From Eledone cirrhosa (lineage: Eukaryota), in NCBI GenBank assembly GCA_964016885.1, contig OZ024744.1:63364001-63428000 (forward strand): a DNA stretch of 64,000 nucleotides, in the 5' to 3' direction. Made by a program: the position numbers and the translations under genes. The notes under the pieces are model-generated. The model saw only the letters and a program-made list of their open reading frames with translations. It did not search any database and was not told where the DNA came from. This document shows positions 27,589-40,880 of the stretch, in pieces. Positions within the stretch are counted from its first letter, which is position 1; the number at the start of each line of letters is the position of its first letter.

Positions 27589-28948
27589 ATATACAGATAT
27601 ACAACGGGCTTCTTTTAGTTTCGGTCTATCAAATCCACTCACAGGGCTTTGGTCGGTTAGGGCAGTGGGACTGAATCCGGAAACGTGGTTGGGAAGCAAG
27701 CTTCTTGTTACACTGCGCATATATATATATGGTATTAAATTAACAATGAAAATAAAAACAAGAAAGTCAAATTACTTTATAACTTTGTTGTTTTTATTTT
27801 CATTGTTAATTTAATACCTAGTATCAGACTCTGTATCTAAAGAATTAATTCAGCGAAACACAGAACTTCTCTATGGATTTTACAAGATTACATTGAGTCC
27901 TATCCACGGTATGGACCCTACCACCAGAGGTAGACCAGACTGAAAAAAAAGAATGTGTGTGTGTGTGTATTATATATATAAATCTACATACCTATATACA
28001 TACATACATTTACGTATGTATATAGCTATATATTTATATATTTGTATATATGCACGCCTTTATATTTAAGGATGTTGACATGATTTGTTTTTTTTTGGTA
28101 AGGAGAGAATTTTGTCTCCAGATTTTATTACCTAGAGAGATTAACTACCACAGATTTTCAACCTCATCAAATACCAACGCCGGCGTGTGTATGTATGTAT
28201 GCATGCATGTGTATGTTTGTATAAGTATACACCCACACATTTCATCACCATTGCTTCTTTTTCTTGTCATTTCTGTTGAAGTTCTTGTAACGGTTGTCAT
28301 AGTTGACGTTACCCTTATTTTCATTTCTTTCGTTTTTCTTTTATCTCCCTAGGGAATTCGTTGACAAGCTTCTTTTATTTATTTTCTTCATTCAAATGCA
28401 TTCACACTGGCTGTCTCAGAGACATACAAATATGGCTTATAAATTTTACCAAAGTAAAGAGCCTTCAAACGCCACCTTGCTCCAAAACACCTCCCTGGAG
28501 CTCCGAAACGTCTCCGAGGAGGGCATATGCCCCCTGTTGAGAACCTTTGTTGTAGATTACCAACACTAGGGAGGTTGTCATGTCCATGTCACATCTGAAG
28601 AGTCCTCCCAATCGTTTGCCCTTCCTATCACCAATCTCTTTACAGAGTGTACTAGGTGTATTTATGTCGATAATCAACACTAGGAAGATTGTTGTGCCCT
28701 TGACGGAACTAAAGAATCTTCTCAAACTTTTTTGGCATAGTTTCTATAACAGGATTCCCTTCCTATTGCCAACTCCCTTACAGGGTGTATGGGGTTTATG
28801 TAAACCTGCAATTTATATGTAAGGTGTTACTATTTTTTTAGTTTGTGATTTATATAATTATAAATCTATTTATATAATTAATTTGTTTGCTAATATTCAC
28901 AAAGAATTTTGTAATAAAATAAATTTTTTTTTTTATTATTCTTTCCAG

Positions 28949-29908
28949 CACTTCAACAAGTCAGCTGTCTATCTCATCTGGCTCAAGTTTGGGTTCACTT
29001 GGCTCATTAGGGTCTCTGTCTGCCAGTAGCCACGGATCTTTAGCATCAACCAGTATGACAGACATCTACAGTCAGCCTCAACTCAGTAATGAAAGCCTGC
29101 AAGATCTTCATCGCTGTGTTGGTCAACGATTGAGAGGTCACAGTATTTCTCCTGGTCTCCTGGATAAAGATCTAAATATAGCTACTGCAGCTGTTGGAGG
29201 GGCTTCCAACTCTGATACAAGCTTATCGTCCCAGCCAGTTGCAAGTGGGGTTAGCTATGGGCCGTGCCCTTCTTCTCATCCATTCCCCTCGCGGAAAGTT
29301 GGAACCGTAGGAAATCAGACTGTCATTGTCGGGAGTGAGCATTCATCTTTGTCACCACATTCATCATATTCTTCATTATCTCCACCAACTTCACCCTATG
29401 ATATCGGTCCACCGCCTTCTTATGAAGAGCACATGAATGCTGTGGAACGCCAGAAACGTGTGGTCAGTGCTACTTCATCTCTTGGCATGGGAGGAGCAGC
29501 AGCAACAGCTGACCCAATAACAAAGACTGTTCAACTAAGTGAAACTGCTAGCTTCTTACCGCTGTTGGTGAATAACACAAATGTCACAACCCAAACTGCA
29601 TCACCTTATCATCTCCCTCCACACATGCTACATTCAGTCGACTCAGATTGTGTAAGCAGTACATTACAAGGAAGTGCCATCTGTAAGCAAGTAACTACAC
29701 ACCCTTCTGTTGTAATGGCAGGTAACACACAATCACCATATGTAGATAATACAGACATTGCATCTAACCCACCTTTAAGCCCTATTAGTGAAACCAGCTC
29801 TGGTGTGTGCAACAATCTTTCTGGTGTAAATACAAGTAGTGTTTCTGCAGCAGTCAGTGATGAATCTGTTACTGGAGACAGTGGTGTCTTTGAAGCTTCA
29901 GTTAAACG
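28949..29908 (+). CDS. kibra: KIBRA/WWC exon h (960-nt Ser/Pro-rich exon)
   Basis: ttccag|..|gtaaat; SSGSSLGSLGSLSASSHGSL..SLSPHSSYSSLSPPTSP..VSAAVSDESVTGDSGVFEAS; phase 2-2. Confidence 0.96.
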
Positions 29909-32090
29909 GTAAATTTACATTTTTTTCCTTCTAATTTTTTGTTTGAGTGAAATAGCAATTACTATTAATTTTTATCAAATTCTTTGTTTCATTAATTTAC
30001 CATTTACTAAACTTGACAGTATTTTTAGTGACTAGAATTGTTTTCAACATGCTGATGCATGTGTGTGTGTATGTATGTGTGCATATGCATACATTTATAT
30101 GTATGAGTATATAAATATAAACACACAAACACAGACACACTTACAAAAATACACACTTACAGACATACATTCACACAAACACACATACATTTACTCAAAC
30201 ATAGCAAGTGAAACACAAGGTACTGTTTTGCTACAGTTTTTTCACTATCCCCTTCCTTCCTTTTACACACACATACAAACACACACACACACACACATTG
30301 TGTGATGGATGGAAGTCACTTAAATTTATATATAGATTGTAGCAACCTTTTTGAAACACATTCACACGTATGTTTTCACATTTTCATCATTGCAGGTTTA
30401 GCTGCCTTCTTGCGTTTATTTCATTAGAGGTTTCTTGTGCGTTTTAATGATAAGGGCCCCAGTTCTATCCACACTACATGTTGTTACAGCTCACACCTAT
30501 CCAGGCATATCTAGCCTCATATGAGGTCTAAAGTCTGTCTCAAGCCTGGAGGTTCATTAAGCCGGTGCTTATCTCGGTTTCTGTGGTGTGATTGAGAGTA
30601 CAAGACTTCCCTCTATCTGGACAGGACGCCAGTCCTCCGCAGGGTTAAACCTCCAGCTATTGCTGGTACTCATTTTCAACTGAGTATACTGGAACAACGT
30701 GAAATAAAGTGTTTTGCTGAAGAACACAACATACAACCTAGCCTAGGATCGAATCTACAACATTATGATTATAAATCCAGCATCCTCATCACTAGGCCAC
30801 GCACCTCCACTCCTATGAGGTTAGTTGTATGTAATTATGAAATATGAGGTTTCTTGTGTTTTAATGATATTGGGCTTTAATCATATTTTGAAAAGCAATG
30901 TGAAATGAAACATTTTACTCAAAAACATAATGTAGAACCTGGTTCAGGAATTGAACCCAAGAATTGTTGAGTATAAGGCCACATGCCTTCACTATTAAGG
31001 GAACAATTAAGGTGATATTAATCATCATCGTTTAACCTCTATTTTCCATGCTTACATGGGTTAGCTGATTTGACATGTAACCCATGTCTTGTTCATATGA
31101 ATCTGTATCCAGACCCATGCTAGCATGGAAGATGGACGTTAAACGATAATGATTTGGTTTCTACAACTGGATGTCCTTCCTAATGCCAGTGCATTTTTTT
31201 TCTCGTGTCACCAACATGACCACCTTATGGGGTCGCAGGGTGCTTTTTGTCGTGTCATTGACACAACCACTGTACAAGGTGAACTGGGTACTTTTTTCTT
31301 GTGTCACCAGCATCGCCACTATACAGTGTGAACTGAGTGCCTCATGTCTCATCAGCAATACAACCACATTACAGGATAGACTGGGTGCTATTGTTGTTGT
31401 GGCACCAGATCACCATACAGAGTGGACAAAGTGTGTTTTTATTGTAGCAGCAGATTTATAGGGGACAGAGAACAGATTTAGAGCATGCCCAGCTTGTAGA
31501 CATGGGTTAAACAGGGCAGGAGAGGTACCTGAAGAGTGTGAAAGGTGCAGAGGGGAAGAGAGTATACAAATTGGACATAAGGTGAGGGTGAGGATATTAA
31601 GACCAGGAAGAGTGAATGGGGGTGGGGCATGGGAATACTTATTGTAGGCTAGTGTTCTCTACATGTTCATCTTGTACTTATGGGAAGGCATGTCTTCTGC
31701 AGTACAGCATAATGCCAGATATCTTGGGCCTGTGTCATCTCCTTTCAGACATTTAATTGTGCAAGGTCAGCTTTTATCGCTTCATCGCAAACTTTCTTAG
31801 GTCATCCTCTTCTATGATGTAATTTTTGAAACCAACATTGCACTGTACATTCATTAACATATGTTTCTTGTCATTTGTACTGAACTGTGGTTGAGTTTAA
31901 ACTCAGAAATAATTTTGGCAAAAATCCTATTTTTACATGTTTGACCCATGTTTTTACATCTTAACTTTAAAAAATCTAGAAAGAAAGATCATAGAATAAG
32001 TTTTAAAATGATACATAAAATTACACATATTACACACCTTGTGTGAGTTTTTCTTTAAAATGTTGAAAAAAAAAAAACCTGCATCAATTT

Positions 32091-32425
32091 CTGTCTGTTA
32101 GCTTTTTACGCAAACTTGAAGTACACAAACTTGCTTTAATGCCTCTTGAAAAAATATTATTATATATTCACAGCAAATAACGTGCTATAATGCATTTGGG
32201 TTTTAATTTTTTTTTGTTTATCAGAAATATAACATTAGAATTGACAAAGGAAATCATCAGAAATAATAATATAGTATATATGCATTTTTGTTTGTTTCTC
32301 CCTCTCTCCCTCTCTCTCTAACTCCACTGACAATCTTTAAATGGGAAAATTAGACTTGAATTACTCGAAATTGCTTTACGTGCCATGTTCATGAACACAT
32401 CTTCGCGTAAAAAACGAACAGACTG
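32091..32425. mobile_element. Probable Tc1/mariner MITE
   Basis: ~21-bp imperfect TIRs ctgtctgttagctttttacgc / gcgtaaaaaacgaacagactg|ta. Confidence 0.5.
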
Positions 32426-32511
32426 TATATTGTTGGTTGTGCAATGAATGGTTGGCAACAATATTTTGATTGAATTTTATTTATATATTTTATTAATTTA
32501 TTTGTTTACAG

Positions 32512-32571
32512 AACTGGTTATCTAGATGAGGTTCTACAAATGGAAAGTGCACAAATTCAAATTACTCTCAA
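32512..32571 (+). CDS. kibra: KIBRA/WWC exon i (start of C2 domain)
   Basis: ttacag|..|gtaagt; TGYLDEVLQMESAQIQITLK; phase 2-2. Confidence 0.9.
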
Positions 32572-33194
32572 GTAAGTTCTACTTCCTTATTTTTTTAAAT
32601 TCCTAATGTTTTATACATTTCTTTTTCAAAAAGCTCTTTCTTTCTCTCTCTCTCATCAGTCTTTAATATCCCATATCTAGTTTATAAGATTACAAAATGG
32701 TCTTAATTAGTTTGTTCATTAAAGGTTCCTATATTTTGTCTTGTAGTTTTTTGTAATTTTCATCATTTTACATCCACTTTCCATGCTGGCATGGAATGGG
32801 CAGGTTGTTAGAGTTTAAGATTAAACTTGCTGGAGAACGATGTCTTGCTCATATGTTCTATATTTTAGCATGATTTCTGCACCTAGATGCCCTTCCTATC
32901 ACCAAACACTTTACAGGATGTACGAGTGCATTTTGTTGAGGCACCAACATTACCACTTTACATAGTGTACTTGGGGGCATTTTATTATAGCACCAGTACT
33001 AGAGATGTTTTCATGTGTTTGACATGGCTGAAATGTCCTCTCTATCACTTTTGGCATGGTTTCTGTGGCTGAATACTCTTCCTAACACAACCCACTTTGC
33101 AGAGTGTACTGGGAGCATTTTATTTACAAATCCTGAATATTTAGTAATGTCTGACATATATATAAGCATGTTTTTACATTCAGACATATAGTAC

Positions 33195-34520
33195 ATCATC
33201 ATCATCCTTATACATCGTCTTTTCCATGCTTCCATGGGTTAGATGGGTCTTTTCCAGCACAGCTTCCCTCTACTTGTTGAGTCCTTCATCATTTCTCTCC
33301 ATTTCAGTTCAGGTCCTCCTGTAGCTTCCTTTGTTTGGGATCTCTTTGTACTTCTTCACCCAACATTCGTCATCAGTACACATGTCCATACCAGTGCAGT
33401 CTTCTTTCCTGCACACTACATCTGGATCCACGTATTCCCAGTTTTTCTCGTCTCATCCTTGCTTTGCCGTTCATACACATTTACATTGTACATCCATCAA
33501 AGCATGTTTGTTTTATTTATCTCCAGCTTTTGTATATCATCTTTATTATCTTTTCCACCACTAATTAACTGAGGTAACAGAAGCCAATAATTTCTATGGA
33601 GCCTTTCCGAGATCTTTTCCATTACAGCAGATTTTTCATTTTCATGATTGCTTCTTTGACCATATAACTGTCAACTTTCATAGCCTGTCAGTCTGTTAAT
33701 TTTATTGGTGCAAGTCCCTCCTCCTTCTTCTCATTCTCCAAATTCATTAACCTCACATAATATTTTATCCAGGCTTGTTCCTTCTGAGCATTTGTGAAGC
33801 TAAATGCACCACTATTATTCCACACTTTTTCTCCACCAATATTGACACATTGCTTTTCAATGTGGAACACCTTACTTTGCTGATCACCATGTCACAGAAA
33901 ATAGCAAACCTCCTACTTTAAATTTTTTTGTGTACTATGTATACTTGTTGCTAAGCTTCTCTTTTACCTACTTGATATTGCTTTTCACTGACCCTATTTT
34001 TCTAGTCTTTCTACTTTGATTTCCTGAAATTAGAGTTGCAAATAGTTAGTTCATCGACATCACAGAATCTTAGGGAGCCTTGATCTGTCTTGAGGCATAT
34101 TTGTAGCCATTTTGGTGCTGCCCAACATGTCCATTGATGTCGCTAGCTAGGATAATGAGGTCTCCATCATCTGTAACTGAAGTTGTTCATAAGAGTTCTT
34201 CGAGTTCTTCATAGAAGTTTTTTAATGTGACAAGATTGTTGTTGTTCTATTGCCTATGACCATTCTGAACTTATTAATTGTCACTTACTCTAAATACCTC
34301 AGTTACCTTATCTGCCTACTTCTCAGCCAGTAAAATACCTATTCCCCATCAAAATTTCCAATCCAGAAGAGCTTATATCTATACTTTGCCTGCAAAGAAT
34401 ATAGCACCTCTTCATCTCACCTCTTGAACACAGCACATATCCACTGGCCACTGCTCAAGCTTCTCCAAAATTTCCTTGGATCTACCTTTCAGTCTGCCAA
34501 CATTATTAAAAATGGCAGCT
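33195..34520 (-). mobile_element. Degenerate, internally deleted RTE LINE
   Basis: Pieces collinear with 46543-49462 (APE motif near 34420-34500; (CAT)n tail at 33195). Confidence 0.65.
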
Positions 34521-35270
34521 CTGAGATGTGTTACCTAACAGCAATGATTGGTTCGTTTTTTGTTTGTTTGTTTTTTGTAGCACCTTTCTGAACCTGAAAG
34601 GGAATGTAGAGGCGTAAGCACTTTAGTGTTCGTCTTGTATATGCAATTAGTGACTATGTTGTCATTTCTGCTTTTCATAATTTTGGCAGGGTTTTTCTGG
34701 CTGGATGAGCTTCCTATCATCGACCATTTTATAGAGTGAACTAGGGGCATTCTATTATGCCACAATCATTAGAAAGGGTGTCTGTCAAGACTTATGAGTT
34801 CCTTCCACCACATATCAGTTTGTAGTCACTCGTCTCCTAGATGGGTTGCTTTCACTATGGCTTATGGAGCTGACAATCATATGATACAACACATATAAAA
34901 TTGTTTATTATGGACCATGAAAACTATGTTTACATTGGTGTTTCCATTGCTGATACTATCTACTGGTTGCAACTCTTGGCAGAAAGAGCAATGTGAAATA
35001 AAGTGACTTGCTCAAGGACATAATGCATCACCTGGTCTCAGAATTGAACTCTATAACCACTAAGCCACATGCAGTCCCATACTGGGATAGATTTAATTGA
35101 CTTTCCTCTCTGCACAAATTGTTGGTCTTGTGTCTAATTTATAAATCTATTGCAATCGGGCAATATATATGAATGTTTTTCTTTTGTTTTTTAAACAATT
35201 TTTTATATTGATAATTGATATGTGTTTATGATATATCTAATATGTATATGTAATTTTTCATTGTTTCCAG

Positions 35271-35357
35271 ATATGATACATTTGATGGAAATCTCCATGT
35301 AGAAATCGATCAAGCTCGGAATCTGGGAGCACTCCCACTTCCAGAGAAAACAAAGAT
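35271..35357 (+). CDS. kibra: KIBRA/WWC exon j (C2 domain)
   Basis: ttccag|..|gtatgt; YDTFDGNLHVEIDQARNLGAL; phase 2-2. Confidence 0.93.
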
Positions 35358-35733
35358 GTATGTTTGCCCAAATTCTTTCTTGATTCACTTTAAACATTAT
35401 TAGTGGGTAGGGCTGTTATTGCAGACATTTCATAATATTGGAAAATAGAATATCAGGTCCAAAAAAATTATTTTTTTCTCTTCTTTTGGTTTTGTAGCTT
35501 ACTTGAAGCAGTATCATTGAAGTTTAGAAAACAATATTTTTAAAATACAAAAACTTATAAATTACTGTTTCTTTCCTCCTCTTTCCACCAATCTCAGATT
35601 CTCTGCAAATGAGTTACAAACACTGATTAAATCAATGAAAAAAATAGTTGTTTTTCTCATTTGTTTTCTTTTTTTTGTGTGGTGGCTCTATTGCTCAGTG
35701 TACTATATCTATTTTCTCTTGTTATTCTTGCAG

Positions 35734-35917
35734 AGGTATCAAAACTGCTCTACTACCATTTATGCCAGTTTGTTGGGAAACAAAACCATCAGCAGATATG
35801 AAAAATCCAAAGTTTGCTGAAAGTTTCAAAGTTGCCATTCCTAAAAATTTACTACATGCTCAAACATTACAGGTTAATGTTTGGAGCATTCCTGAGGGTA
35901 AAGAACTAGAATGTTTG
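35734..35917 (+). CDS. kibra: KIBRA/WWC exon k (C2 domain)
   Basis: ttgcag|..|gtaagt; IKTALLP..NPKFAESFKVAIP..TLQVNVWS..ECL; phase 2-0. Confidence 0.94.
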
Positions 35918-36017
35918 GTAAGTACATTATTAACAGTACCTTTCCTGCCTTCATTTCAATAGCTATTTACTCTGTTAATTAATATAATGTTGTGGTTTGC
36001 TTGAAGCATTGTATATG

Positions 36018-36366
36018 ATATATAATGGGGAAAGAGATATAAAGCTAAACAATACAAAATGGACTGTAAGATGAGGTAATGAAAAAGTAAATTACCTGAT
36101 AATCTTTGTTTGTGTTTTTGTTGTTGTTTCTTCTGTCCTAATATTTCAGGACTTAAAATTCCCTTCTTCAGAGTATAAGGAACTTTCCTGAAAGTTCTTT
36201 AAACACTGAAGAAGGGAATTTTAAGTCCCGAAATATTAGGACAGAAGAACAAACAGCAACAACAAAAAAGAAAACATACATTACCATGTAACTTACTTTT
36301 TCGTTACCTCATCTTACAGTCCATTTTGCATTATATAGCTTTATATCTCTTTTCCACATTATATAT
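36018..36366. mobile_element. Palindromic Penelope-like terminal-repeat remnant
   Basis: ~170-bp imperfect arms around gaactttc-ct-gaaagttc; each arm carries CTGAAGA..GAAA; shares cttgaagcattgt flank with the 57153 element. Confidence 0.7.
36206..36240 (+). ncRNA. Minimal hammerhead-ribozyme-like motif (mirror copy 36137-36174 minus)
   Basis: CTGAAGA-A-GGGA(attttaag)TCCC-GAAA-TATT-AGG; palindromic stem III; stem I weak. Confidence 0.55.
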
Positions 36367-37239
36367 TAACTTTTCATGTTTAGGGTTATCCTCATATAAT
36401 AATTTATGTTTTTATGTTTTTATTTGCTGTTAGTCAAACAAAATACTGTGGAAGTAAGAGGTTGACAAATGATAGAGAGAGACCCTTTTTCCTGTCATTA
36501 TTTCAATGACTATCTTCTCAGTTATTTAACCTTTTATATGCAGAAGTTTCCATTCAACAATTTGCAATGTGATTTTATTTCTTATCACACAGAATAGAGT
36601 GTAGCTGAGGACAGACACATACCTATACACTAAATTACTCTCTAATCTCATTGCCAGCACTAGCTATGCTGCAGTATTCTTATTTATGGTTTGTACTGCA
36701 GTTTCAAACCATTTGTATACATCTCATTTCCTTAGAAAGCTGCAAGCAGGGTCACATGGTTAAGAAGTTTGCTTTGCAATCATGTGGTCATAGGTTCAAT
36801 CAACCCCCATCTTTTCTAATTTGTCTTCTGCCATAGGCTTCAGTTAATCCAAGCCTCATGATTGAAATTGAGTGAACTCTGCCTAATAATTATGTTAGGT
36901 GTTCAAGTGTCTATGAATACAATAGGTATGTGGTTCTACTGACTGAACAATTGGAACAATCATTTGTTGAATTGACACAAAATTCATCAGTAATCCTTGT
37001 GTGACTAGATTTCAAAAGAAATATACTGTATTCTGCCATATTTCTCATGAAAGAAAACTACTTCTTGTTTTCAAATAATTTACAAAATAATCAAGAACCT
37101 GGAGGGGTTTAGTAAAATAATTAACTTTTTTTTTTAATTAATAATCTGGTGTTTGAAACATAACTTAGGAAAAGTTCTTACATAAAATTATGATAGTTTT
37201 TTTATTATTTTTATTATATATATATATATATATATATAT

Positions 37240-38190
37240 AACAACTAAAAATTGATTAACATATAAATAAACATATGAAACAATCACAGGGGATAATTTT
37301 TACAAGTGTGTAAGCACACATAGCTAGGTAGGTAACTAAATAAAGCTAACTAGAACTTCAAAAATAGATACCTTATAATATGATTAATCTTCCCTGTATA
37401 TATTCCATTAAAGAAATATATTTCACCAATTAATCGAATGGTAAACCACGGAGGTCGGTACTTGGATTTTCAACAAGGAAGAAGTCCAGCGATCTGTGTT
37501 TACGCATTAAGTTCAAATCAGCGACTGGCCAGTAACACGTGCTGTATCTACTAAAAATACACACATCCTACCAGCTTCGTCCCAGTGGCGTGAATAGGGT
37601 TATCGACAACTAGAAACAGCAGTCAAGTCCTTTCAACAGAGTTAGCTCTACAATTAAGGAGCCGTATTTATATATCTATATCCAAAATTAAGATGAATTT
37701 AATCTAAATCAAAATTATGGGTGTCATGCCAGAAAGGCATGCGCCATATCACCTGTAAAATAAGCTCCAAGATTCTAATGAATAGGTCCGAGCATTTTAT
37801 AACAACTAGAAATTGATTAACATATAAATAAACATATGTTGAAAATCCAAGTACCGGCCTCCGTCGTTTACCATTCGATTAATTGGTGAAATATATTTTT
37901 TTAATGGAATATATACAGCGAAGATTAATCATATTATAAGGTATCTATTTTTGAAGTTCTAGTTAACTTTTAGTTACCCACCTAGCTATGTGTGCTTACA
38001 CACTTGTAAAAATTATCCCCTGTGATTGTTTCATATGTTTATTTATATGTTAATCAATTTCTAGTTGTTATAAAATGCTCGGACCTATTCATTAGAATCT
38101 TGGAGCTTATTTTACGGGTGATATGGCATGACACCCATAATTTTGATTTAGATTAAATTCATCTTAATTTTGGATATAGATATATATATA
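37240..38190. mobile_element. Complex partial-tandem plus inverted duplication (Penelope-like architecture)
   Basis: 37240-37474 inverted at 37838-38068; 37670-37837 inverted at ~38033-38190; 37802-37837 directly repeats 37240-37276. Confidence 0.65.
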
Positions 38191-38418
38191 TAAACACTTT
38201 AGAATAAACAGCCTTGTATCTTAAAGCCTGAAACGGTTTCGTGCAGTTTGGTATCAAAAGGGTAACTTTACAAAAGATTCTTACATAAAATTTTTGAACA
38301 GTTTTAATTTAAATAGGAACCCATTTAAAATGGGTTAGGTTGTTTCATAGAACCAGATGTGGCTTTAGGTGGGTTGGTATAATGAATAATTTTTTTAATG
38401 TTTGATTTCCTATTTCAG

Positions 38419-38571
38419 GGATGTGCTCACATTAGTCTTGCTGATTTCAACTACCAAGAAGTATGTGTACGTTGGTATAATGTTCTAAGCTTCAAGTTCA
38501 TGCAGTCTGACAATATGAAACAAACTGTACGGAAAGATCCTGTTTCAAACATTGATTATACTCACTTACTA
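38419..38571 (+). CDS. kibra: KIBRA/WWC exon l (end of C2 domain)
   Basis: tttcag|..|gtaagt; GCAHISLADF..RWYNVLSFKFMQ; phase 0-0. Confidence 0.94.
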
Positions 38572-40016
38572 GTAAGTACAGCATGAAACAAATAAAAACA
38601 AATTATCTTTCTTTTAGTTTCATACATAAACAACCTGTACATCTCGCTTACAAGAAATGTTTTTTATTATCAAATAGATTTGCACTAGCAACCCTAGGCA
38701 TCCTGTCATTCGACATATTATATCTTGACCCCCCCCCCCCCCCAACTTAGCACTTCCCAAGCCTTCATTCATAGAACATCAATTCACTGAAATTTCCTTT
38801 TTTCGTGCTGATGGCAATTCATAGATGTTCCAACAAGTCATTTTGTCTGATGGTGAATATCATCATGGGCACAGCATAGCTAAATGGTTAAGGAGTTTGC
38901 TTTGCAATCATTAGGTTCCATGGACATCATGGACAAGTGTCAATTACCATAGTCCCATATCAACTTGAGTCTTGTGAGTAAAATTGGGTTGACAGAAACT
39001 GTGTGGAAGCCAGTCAGATAGATTGGGTTTGTCATTGTGTAGGTGTCATGAAAAAAAGCACCCAGTACACACTGTAAAGTGGTTGTGTAGGTGACATGAT
39101 GAAAAGCACCCAGCAACTCTGTAAATGTGGTTGGTGTTAGAAAGGGCTTCTAGCCGTAGAAACTGAACCAAAAACAGTCCTGTATGAGCAAGCCATGGTC
39201 ATCTGATCTGGCTTGTCTCAACGGGGAAACTCATCTAACCCATACTAATGTGGAAACTAGACATTAAATGGTGTGGATGATGATTATGTCATTCTGAATC
39301 TCCCAGAGAATTGCATTGTGTACATGTGCCTGTGGAATACTCAGTCACTTGCACATGAATTTCTTGAGCAGGCTGTTCCATTGATCGAACAACTGGTTAC
39401 TTGTCTGAACCAACACAGGTTCATTCCTTCCATATGTTTTAACATTTTATGCCCACATTTCGTGCTAGCATGGGTTGGATTGGTTGTCACGGCTCAAGAC
39501 GTGCAGATCAGAGAGATAATGTCTTGTTCTTATGTTCCGTATTTGGTATGGTTTCTACAGCTTGATGTCCTCCCCAACACCAACCATCTTACAGAATGTA
39601 GGGAGTGTGTTTTAACTTTTCAGAGTATGTTGCGTGCATTTTATTATAGCACCAACACCAGAAGGGTTGTCATGTGCTCAGCTAGACTGGAGAGTCTTCT
39701 TTATCCTATATTGACTTTGTTCAGTTGCCCAATTTATATATATTGCTGTGTTTCATGGAACATATCTGATATGTAGTTTTGTAGTTGTGGTAGTTAGCTG
39801 TTTGTTGTTTAAAACAATATGAAAAAATAATGATGGGATATATTTTATCTTAATCACTATTTTTTCACATCGCTTTTAATAGATAACTACAATGATTACA
39901 GTGTGTGTGCGTGTATGAATAAACATGCATTTATTCAAATTTACACACACAGAATATTTTTCAAAATTCATTCCTGTAAAATAATCGAGATTTTTTTTTT
40001 GTTGTTTTTGTTTTAG

Positions 40017-40126
40017 AATGCCGTGAAAGATAGAATCGGCCGAATGTCTGTCCAGCTCTCATCTGATATGAGGAAAAACTTTCCCTGTGATGAGCATTCA
40101 GTTTCTGAAAATACCAAAGAGGGCAA
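40017..40126 (+). CDS. kibra: KIBRA/WWC exon m (poorly conserved linker)
   Basis: Long pyrimidine tract+ag, gtaagt donor; open frame NAVKDRIGRMS..KEG; phase 0-2 is needed to join exon l to exon n. Confidence 0.8.
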
Positions 40127-40299
40127 GTAAGTGACATGAATTTTGCTGTTAATTTAAACTAGTATTTCCTTTTCAACAAATGTATAAAGGTATTTCTTTT
40201 TTCTTTTTTTTCCTTTCTTTTTTGTCATCCACTTTATTTATTTGCAACCCTTCTTCCACACACAAAAATTATTTATTTGTCTAAATTAGGTATCAGCAA

Positions 40300-40880
40300 C
40301 ATGTGGACCGTTGATGTTTTCCATAACCCTCAGACCTTTTCAAATGTTATATATATATATAACATTTGAAAAGGCCTGAGGGTTATGGAAAATATATAAT
40401 GTGTGGATATGTGTGGGCCATTAATGTCTTTTCTGTAACCCGCAGACCTTGTCACATGTTTATACGTAAGATATATGATATGATATACATGTGGGCTTCA
40501 GGCCTTTTCAAATGTTTATATGTAAGATATGATATATATGTGGGCTATTGAGGTGTATTCTGTGGGTCTCAGACCTTTTCAAATGTTTATATGTAAGATA
40601 TATATATGTGGGCCATTAAGGTGTATTCTGTGGGTCTCAGACCTTTTCAAATGTTTATGTTAGATATGATATGTGGGCCATTGAGATGTATTCTGTGGGT
40701 CTCAGACTTTTTCAAATGTTTATATGTTAGATATGATATATATGTGGGCCATTGAGGTGTATTCTGTGGGTCTCAGACTTTTTCAAATGTTTATATGTTA
40801 GATATGATATATATGTGGGCCATTGAGGTGTATTCTGTGGGTCACAGACTTTTTCAAATGTTTATATGTTAGATATTATA
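40300..40880. repeat. ~71-bp minisatellite (about 5 good copies plus diverged ones; outlier ~41090-41175)
   Basis: tgtgggccattgaggtgtattctgtgggtctcagac.ttttcaaatgtttatatgttagatatgatata units at ~40540, 40607, 40672, 40743, 40814. Confidence 0.92.

Noticed and set aside
39273-39776. 167-aa ORF (likewise 42111-42605)
   Set aside because: Made of SINE and microsatellite sequence with a non-ATG start
40123-40128. GC donor (G|gcaagt) for exon m
   Set aside because: Gives phase 1, incompatible with exon n; the GT donor at 40127 fits
40500-40880. CRISPR-like regular array
   Set aside because: Whole units repeat with no unique spacers; eukaryotic intron with no cas genes; it is a minisatellite
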